A DNA stretch of 64,000 nt from Limnohabitans sp. (lineage in GTDB: Bacteria > Bacteroidota > Bacteroidia > Flavobacteriales > Flavobacteriaceae). The stretch is taken from NCBI GenBank assembly GCA_030053945.1, contig JASGCW010000009.1, positions 1,690 to 65,689 of the forward strand, in the 5' to 3' direction. Shown here piece by piece: positions 58,944-64,000 of this stretch; the stretch's first letter is position 1, and every line of letters starts with the position of its first letter. The notes under the pieces were generated by a model that saw nothing but the letters and a program-made list of their open reading frames with translations, ran no database searches and was not told the origin of the DNA. The position numbers were made by a program, and so were the translations under genes.

Positions 58944-59204
58944 ATGAACAAGAAGCATTTCATAGAAAAAATTTTAAATAGCATAGAAGGTATTGAAAAA
59001 GCAATGCCTAATGATGACTTATTTTATAAAATACAAAATAAAATAGAAGTCAAAAAAGAATCTTCTAACTATACAAAATGGTTAGTAGCTGCATCTATAG
59101 TGATTTTATTATCATTAAATGCTTTTGAAGTATTTTATAAATCTAAAGTCAATAAAAATGATTTGTCCGTACTGATAGATAAAAACAACAATCAAATTTA
59201 TTAA
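58944..59204 (+). CDS. Small single-TM putative anti-sigma factor
   Basis: Directly follows the ECF gene; WLVAASIVILLSLN TM segment. Confidence 0.6.
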   Translation: MNKKHFIEKILNSIEGIEKAMPNDDLFYKIQNKIEVKKESSNYTKWLVAASIVILLSLNAFEVFYKSKVNKNDLSVLIDKNNNQIY

Positions 59205-59206
59205 AA

Positions 59207-59647
59207 ATGAAAAAAAACACTTTCTATTATACAGTAATAATTATACTCGTATTGATAAATATAGGAACACTGTATTTTTCACATGATAAAAAAAGAATTC
59301 TTCCTAGAGAGATTATAATTGAAAAGTTGGATTTTGATTCAAAACAAATTATTGAGTATGACAAAATAATCAAAGAGCATCAAAAGAATATAAGATCTCT
59401 AGATGATTCTATACACACAACAAAAGAAAAATTATATGCGCTCCTAACTAGAGATTCGATTAATCCCGTAGAAAAACAAAACTTAATTAGCAAGATTTCT
59501 AAATTTCAAAATGAGGTAGAAAACACACATTTTAATCATTTCTTAGAAATAAAAAAGATTTGTAAAAATAATCAGATAAATAAGTTTAACGAATTATCTA
59601 AAGAACTTTCTAAATTATTTACCCCTAAAAAAATGCCTAAAAATTAA
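59207..59647 (+). CDS. Spy/CpxP/ZraP-like periplasmic helical protein
   Basis: N-terminal anchor; IIEKLDFDSKQ and HFLEIKKIC...Q..KF pattern. Confidence 0.6.
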   Translation: MKKNTFYYTVIIILVLINIGTLYFSHDKKRILPREIIIEKLDFDSKQIIEYDKIIKEHQKNIRSLDDSIHTTKEKLYALLTRDSINPVEKQNLISKISKFQNEVENTHFNHFLEIKKICKNNQINKFNELSKELSKLFTPKKMPKN

Positions 59648-59738
59648 TTCTTTCAAAATTATATTTAGAAAAAATGAATTTTCATGCAAGAATTAAAAAT
59701 TAATGTCGTCTAAACAATAAACAATAAAACGCAACTCT

Positions 59739-61079
59739 ATGAAAAAACTATTACTTTTATTTTTAGTATTTGCATGTAATTTTATTACAGGGCAAACAAA
59801 TCCAGCTATCACTAAATGGTTGCAAAACACCACTACAACTGGAAAATATTACCAATCAGGTAATTCTACAGCAATTTCTAATGGTATTTTAGTCAATTGT
59901 CAACAAGTAAGGTATTCTACTAATAATGTCTATGTTAATGCAACTGGAATTCCTGCTTATCCAACTGGTATTTTTACTGGTGATGGCAACCCAAATCAAG
60001 CCGGAAATCAAAACGCAATTTATAAATTTCCTTTAAGTCCAACACAAAACACTGGTACACTAACTGCTACAACTGCTGGAAATATTGGGGTTTTTATTAA
60101 TGGAGTTTCATTGTTCGATTATAGAGACGGAGTTTCATATAAACTTTCTACCGGAAGCGAAGCGGGAGGTCCTATAGGAGGTACTGGAGATGGTGTATGG
60201 AATAGAGATGCCGTAGTAGCAGAAAAGTTAGGTTTTGATTGTGCAAAAGGACATCCTGCTGGAACAAATTATCATCATCATCAAAATCCAAGTGCTTTTA
60301 AATATGATTTGAATGTTATTTCAACGATTTGTAATACATATGATTCAGAAGGATTGTACACAATTAACACTTCACAACATTCGCCTCTAATAGGTTTTGC
60401 TTATGATGGTTTTCCTATTTATGGAGCCTATGGTTATGCAAATGCTGATGGTACTGGTGGAATTGTTAGGATAAAATCAGGTTATCAATTAAGAAGCATA
60501 ACTGCTCGAACCCATTATGCAAACGGAACAGATGTTATAGATGGTCCTCCTATAAATACAACCTATCCGTTAGGAAGATACAGAGAGGATTATGAGTGGG
60601 TTTCGCATACAGGTGATGCTAGTTATTTAGATGCTCATAATGGGCGTTTTTGTGTAACTCCAGAATATCCTAGTGGAATATATTGTTATTTTGCAACTGT
60701 AGATATTAATCATAATTCTGCTTATCCCTATGTTGTAGGACCTTATTTTTATGGAAATAAAACTGGAGGCAAAGTCACTTCTATTTCTGAAACTGTAACT
60801 ACATATTTAGATGCTAATAGCTTTAGCTTTAATGAAAAAAACATCAATATATATCCTAATCCAAGTACTGGAATTTTGACAATACAACTTGATTTTACAG
60901 ACGAAGATCTTAAAGTGGAATTAATAAACGAATTAGGACAAACTGTAAATAGTGGAACCATATACCAAGGAACAACTTTATGTGCTTTTGAAACATATAA
61001 TTTGAGTAATGGACTCTATTTCTTAAAAATTTCAAATAAAAAAGATAATTATACACAAAAAATACTAATTAAAAATTAA
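59739..61079 (+). CDS. T9SS-secreted YHYH-domain protein
   Basis: GVFINGVSLFD, DCAKGHP, NYHHHQNP, HSPLIGFAYDGFPIYG, YCYFAT; IYPNPS sorting domain. Confidence 0.8.
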   Translation: MKKLLLLFLVFACNFITGQTNPAITKWLQNTTTTGKYYQSGNSTAISNGILVNCQQVRYSTNNVYVNATGIPAYPTGIFTGDGNPNQAGNQNAIYKFPLSPTQNTGTLTATTAGNIGVFINGVSLFDYRDGVSYKLSTGSEAGGPIGGTGDGVWNRDAVVAEKLGFDCAKGHPAGTNYHHHQNPSAFKYDLNVISTICNTYDSEGLYTINTSQHSPLIGFAYDGFPIYGAYGYANADGTGGIVRIKSGYQLRSITARTHYANGTDVIDGPPINTTYPLGRYREDYEWVSHTGDASYLDAHNGRFCVTPEYPSGIYCYFATVDINHNSAYPYVVGPYFYGNKTGGKVTSISETVTTYLDANSFSFNEKNINIYPNPSTGILTIQLDFTDEDLKVELINELGQTVNSGTIYQGTTLCAFETYNLSNGLYFLKISNKKDNYTQKILIKN

Positions 61080-61130
61080 ACCAATATTGGTTTTATTAGT
61101 CATAACTATAAACCTTTAAACCTACCTAGT

Positions 61131-62324
61131 ATGAAAAATTTATTGTTAGTTTTCGGATTTTTAATGTTGTTAACTGGTTGTAGTTCTAGTGATTCGGACT
61201 ATGTTCCATTGAATACACAAACAACAACCAATTCTTATCCTAATGTAGTAGCAAATTTTGGAACTAAATTAGATTTAAATAATCTTTACAATTATGCAAA
61301 CCAAACAGTTCCTGCTTATATTGTCAAAAATAACACTGGAAGTAATGTAATTACAGACAAAGGTGCTACTTTAGGAAGGGTTTTATTTTATGACAAAAAT
61401 TTATCATCTAACAATACTATTGCTTGTGCAAGTTGCCATCAACAAGCTAGCGCATTTAGCGACCCTAATGATGTAAGTACGGGAGTAAACGGTAGTACAG
61501 ACAGACACTCTATGAGATTAGTGAATAATCGTTTTGCAAGAGAAACAAAATTCTTTTGGGATGAACGCGCACCAAGCTTAGAATTTCAAACTACTCAACC
61601 TATTCAAAATCACGTTGAGATGGGCTTTAGCGGTACTAGTGGTGATCAAAATATTGCAGCACTTATTACAAAACTGAGCGCAATAGGATACTACAAAGAG
61701 CTTTTTAAATTTGTGTATGGTTCTGAAGAAATTACTGAAAACAAAATTCAATTGGCATTAGCACAATTTATAAAAAGTATTCAGTCTTTCGATTCAAAAT
61801 ACGATGCAGGAAGAGCTCAAGTAGCAAATGACGGTCAACCGTTCCCTAATTTTACAGCTCAAGAAAACAATGGAAAAAATTTATTCTTAACTCCTCCTAC
61901 TTTTGATTCGACTGGAAGCAGAACAGGTGGTGGTTTAGGATGTGCTGGTTGTCACGCAGCTCCAGAGTTTGATATAGATCCTAATAGTGGAAATAATGGG
62001 ATAATAGGAAACCTTGCAGGCGGAATAGACATCACCGTTACTAGAGCGCCTTCTTTGAGAGATTTAGTAAAACAAGACGGAACATTAAATGGAAATTTAA
62101 TGCATACCGCAGCAATTACAAGTTTGCAAGCAGCTATTGGACATTATGGAACTATCAATTTAGCTACTGGAAACACAAATCTGGACCCACGTTTAAAGCC
62201 AAATGGTTTTGGACAAAAACTCAACTTAAATGCTACAGAAGTTAATGCGGTCATAGCCTTTCTTAAAACTTTATCGGGTAATAATGTTTATTCCGACCCT
62301 AAATGGTCAACACCTTTCAGATAA
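61131..62324 (+). CDS. Di-heme cytochrome c peroxidase / MauG-family lipoprotein
   Basis: Lipobox LLTGC; LGRVLFYD; CASCH and CAGCH heme motifs; FFWDERA; APSLRD. Confidence 0.85.
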   Translation: MKNLLLVFGFLMLLTGCSSSDSDYVPLNTQTTTNSYPNVVANFGTKLDLNNLYNYANQTVPAYIVKNNTGSNVITDKGATLGRVLFYDKNLSSNNTIACASCHQQASAFSDPNDVSTGVNGSTDRHSMRLVNNRFARETKFFWDERAPSLEFQTTQPIQNHVEMGFSGTSGDQNIAALITKLSAIGYYKELFKFVYGSEEITENKIQLALAQFIKSIQSFDSKYDAGRAQVANDGQPFPNFTAQENNGKNLFLTPPTFDSTGSRTGGGLGCAGCHAAPEFDIDPNSGNNGIIGNLAGGIDITVTRAPSLRDLVKQDGTLNGNLMHTAAITSLQAAIGHYGTINLATGNTNLDPRLKPNGFGQKLNLNATEVNAVIAFLKTLSGNNVYSDPKWSTPFR

Positions 62325-62330
62325 TATTAT

Positions 62331-62360
62331 AAAAAATGCTTCTTTAAAGAAGCATTTTTT
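62331..62360. terminator. Perfect 30-bp palindrome, probable terminator
   Basis: AAAAAATGCTTCTTTAAAGAAGCATTTTTT. Confidence 0.8.
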
Positions 62361-62384
62361 GTAGGCAAACTTCTAACTAATTTT

Positions 62385-62392
62385 TATCTTTG
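62385..62392 (+). promoter_or_regulatory. -7 promoter box for pheT
   Basis: TATCTTTG matches TAnnTTTG, 28 bp upstream of the ATG. Confidence 0.6.
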
Positions 62393-62419
62393 CGGCTCTT
62401 AAAAAATTAAGCACATAAA

Positions 62420-64000
62420 ATGAAGATATCATATAACTGGTTAAAACAATTTATTAAAACTGATTGGAGTTCTGAAAAAACAGCCGAATTACTTACAGAT
62501 TTAGGTCTTGAAGTAGAAGGTATTGAAAAATATCAATCCATAAAAGGCGGACTAGAAGGAATTGTTGTTGGACACGTATTGACTTGTATTCAGCATCCCA
62601 ATGCAGATAAATTAAAAATAACCACCGTTGATTTAGGTACTGGAGAACCTGTTCAAATTGTGTGCGGAGCAAGTAATGTTGCTGTGGGACAAAAAGTTCC
62701 AGTAGCTACTATTGGAACCAAATTATACGATAAAGAAGGAAATTCTTTCGAGATAAAGAAAGGTAAAATTCGTGGAGAAGAAAGCCACGGAATGATTTGT
62801 GCCGAAGACGAAATAGGTTTAGGAGATAGCCACGACGGAATTATGGTTCTAGATGAGAGTCTAGTGCCAGGAACTCCAGCTGCTAAAGTCTTTAATATTG
62901 AAAACGATGAAGTTTTTGAAATAGGACTTACACCTAACCGTGCAGATGCAATGAGTCACTGGGGTGTTGCTCGTGATTTACGTGCCGGAATGATCCAACA
63001 AGATTTGAATGTGGAGCTTATTACTCCTTCTGTAAGTTCTTATAAAGTAGAAAAGCGAACCCTTAAAATTGATGTTAAGGTAGAAAACACTGCTTTAGTT
63101 CCAAGATACTGCGGAGTTACTATTTCAGATGTAAAGGTTGGACCATCACCAGCCTGGTTACAAAATAGACTAAAAGCAATAGGGTTAACGCCAAAAAACA
63201 ATATTGTTGACGTTACTAATTATGTGTTACATGAATTAGGACAACCTTTACACGCCTTCGATGCTTCAAAAATTCACGGTAAAATAATCGTAAAAAATGC
63301 TACTGAAGGTGAAAAATTTGTTACACTTGATGATGTAGAAAGAACTTTAAGCAAAGATGATATTATGATTTGCGACGAAAAAGGTCCTTTATGTATTGCA
63401 GGTGTAATGGGCGGAAAAGGCTCGGGAGTAAAAAATAGAACAACCTCAATTTTCCTAGAAAGTGCTTATTTTAATCCTGTTTCTGTTCGTAAGACTGCAA
63501 AACGTCACGGCATAAATTCTGATGCATCTTTCCGTTTTGAAAGAGGTATTGACCCTACAATTACAGAATATGCTTTAAAACGTGCTGCGATTTTAATTCG
63601 CGAAGTAGCTGGAGGTGAAATGACTTCAGATATTTTTGAAGTTCATCCTAAAAAAGCAGAAGATTTTCCTGTTCTTTTAAATTTAGAGAGAGTACGAAAA
63701 GTAATAGGTCAAGCGATTCCAGATGAAGAAATTAAAAACATTTTGGTTTCATTAGACATAAAAGTAAATAGTATCACTAAAGTAGGTTTAGGACTAACTG
63801 TACCTGCATATAGAGTAGATGTAACAAGAGAAATTGATGTTATTGAAGAAATTTTACGTATTTACGGATACAACAACATTAATTTTACTCAAAAATTAAA
63901 TGCAACAACAGCTCATTCTTCAAAAACAGAAGATTATAAAATCCAAAACATTGTTGCTAATTTATTAGTCGCTAATGGTTTCAACGAAATGATGGCTAAT
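62420..64000 (+). CDS. pheT: Phenylalanine-tRNA ligase beta subunit (runs off the window end; absent from the ORF track)
   Basis: Translates as MKISYNWLKQF..., HPNADKL, IVCGASNV, LTPNRADAMSHWGVARD, SFRFERGID. Confidence 0.95.
   Translation, partial: MKISYNWLKQFIKTDWSSEKTAELLTDLGLEVEGIEKYQSIKGGLEGIVVGHVLTCIQHPNADKLKITTVDLGTGEPVQIVCGASNVAVGQKVPVATIGTKLYDKEGNSFEIKKGKIRGEESHGMICAEDEIGLGDSHDGIMVLDESLVPGTPAAKVFNIENDEVFEIGLTPNRADAMSHWGVARDLRAGMIQQDLNVELITPSVSSYKVEKRTLKIDVKVENTALVPRYCGVTISDVKVGPSPAWLQNRLKAIGLTPKNNIVDVTNYVLHELGQPLHAFDASKIHGKIIVKNATEGEKFVTLDDVERTLSKDDIMICDEKGPLCIAGVMGGKGSGVKNRTTSIFLESAYFNPVSVRKTAKRHGINSDASFRFERGIDPTITEYALKRAAILIREVAGGEMTSDIFEVHPKKAEDFPVLLNLERVRKVIGQAIPDEEIKNILVSLDIKVNSITKVGLGLTVPAYRVDVTREIDVIEEILRIYGYNNINFTQKLNATTAHSSKTEDYKIQNIVANLLVANGFNEMMAN

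Noticed and set aside
1226-60961. Short ORFs nested antisense or out of frame within long genes (e.g. 1226, 2865, 6265, 24459, 29646, 37440, 44827, 58557, 60749)
   Set aside because: They fully overlap well-supported genes and show no recognisable motifs; treated as shadow ORFs.
1-64000. rRNA, tRNA, riboswitch or prophage
   Set aside because: I recognised no conserved RNA gene signatures or phage structural genes; a small structured RNA could have been missed without covariance searches.

Overview
AT-rich Bacteroidota DNA, most likely Flavobacterium (T9SS C-terminal domains, TAnnTTTG promoters, pheT and his gene style). From left to right it holds: a minus-strand CoA-dependent aromatic catabolism cluster (245-12415) interrupted by a disrupted REP-associated tyrosine transposase; acs with a CBS/DUF294 and exonuclease pair; housekeeping genes; a full his operon with a His-rich leader peptide and attenuator; an apparently exact 1939-bp tandem duplication across the hisG 5' end, its leader and a T9SS beta-propeller gene; a solitary SEFIR-domain gene with an attC-like hairpin; a DUF1338/serB-serA/FAD Fe-S oxidoreductase operon that points to D-2-hydroxyglutarate metabolism; an intact IS4; an ECF sigma/YHYH/di-heme module; and the start of pheT. 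The best features not visible in the ORF track are: (1) a TIR-less mini-element present twice (140 and 94 bp), each time flanked by TTTCATA direct repeats, once breaking the RAYT gene and once at the hisH start codon; (2) a REP-like palindrome amplified in frame inside the aromatic monooxygenase; (3) the cassette-like boundaries of the SEFIR gene. All functional calls come from motif recognition only; no database searches were run.
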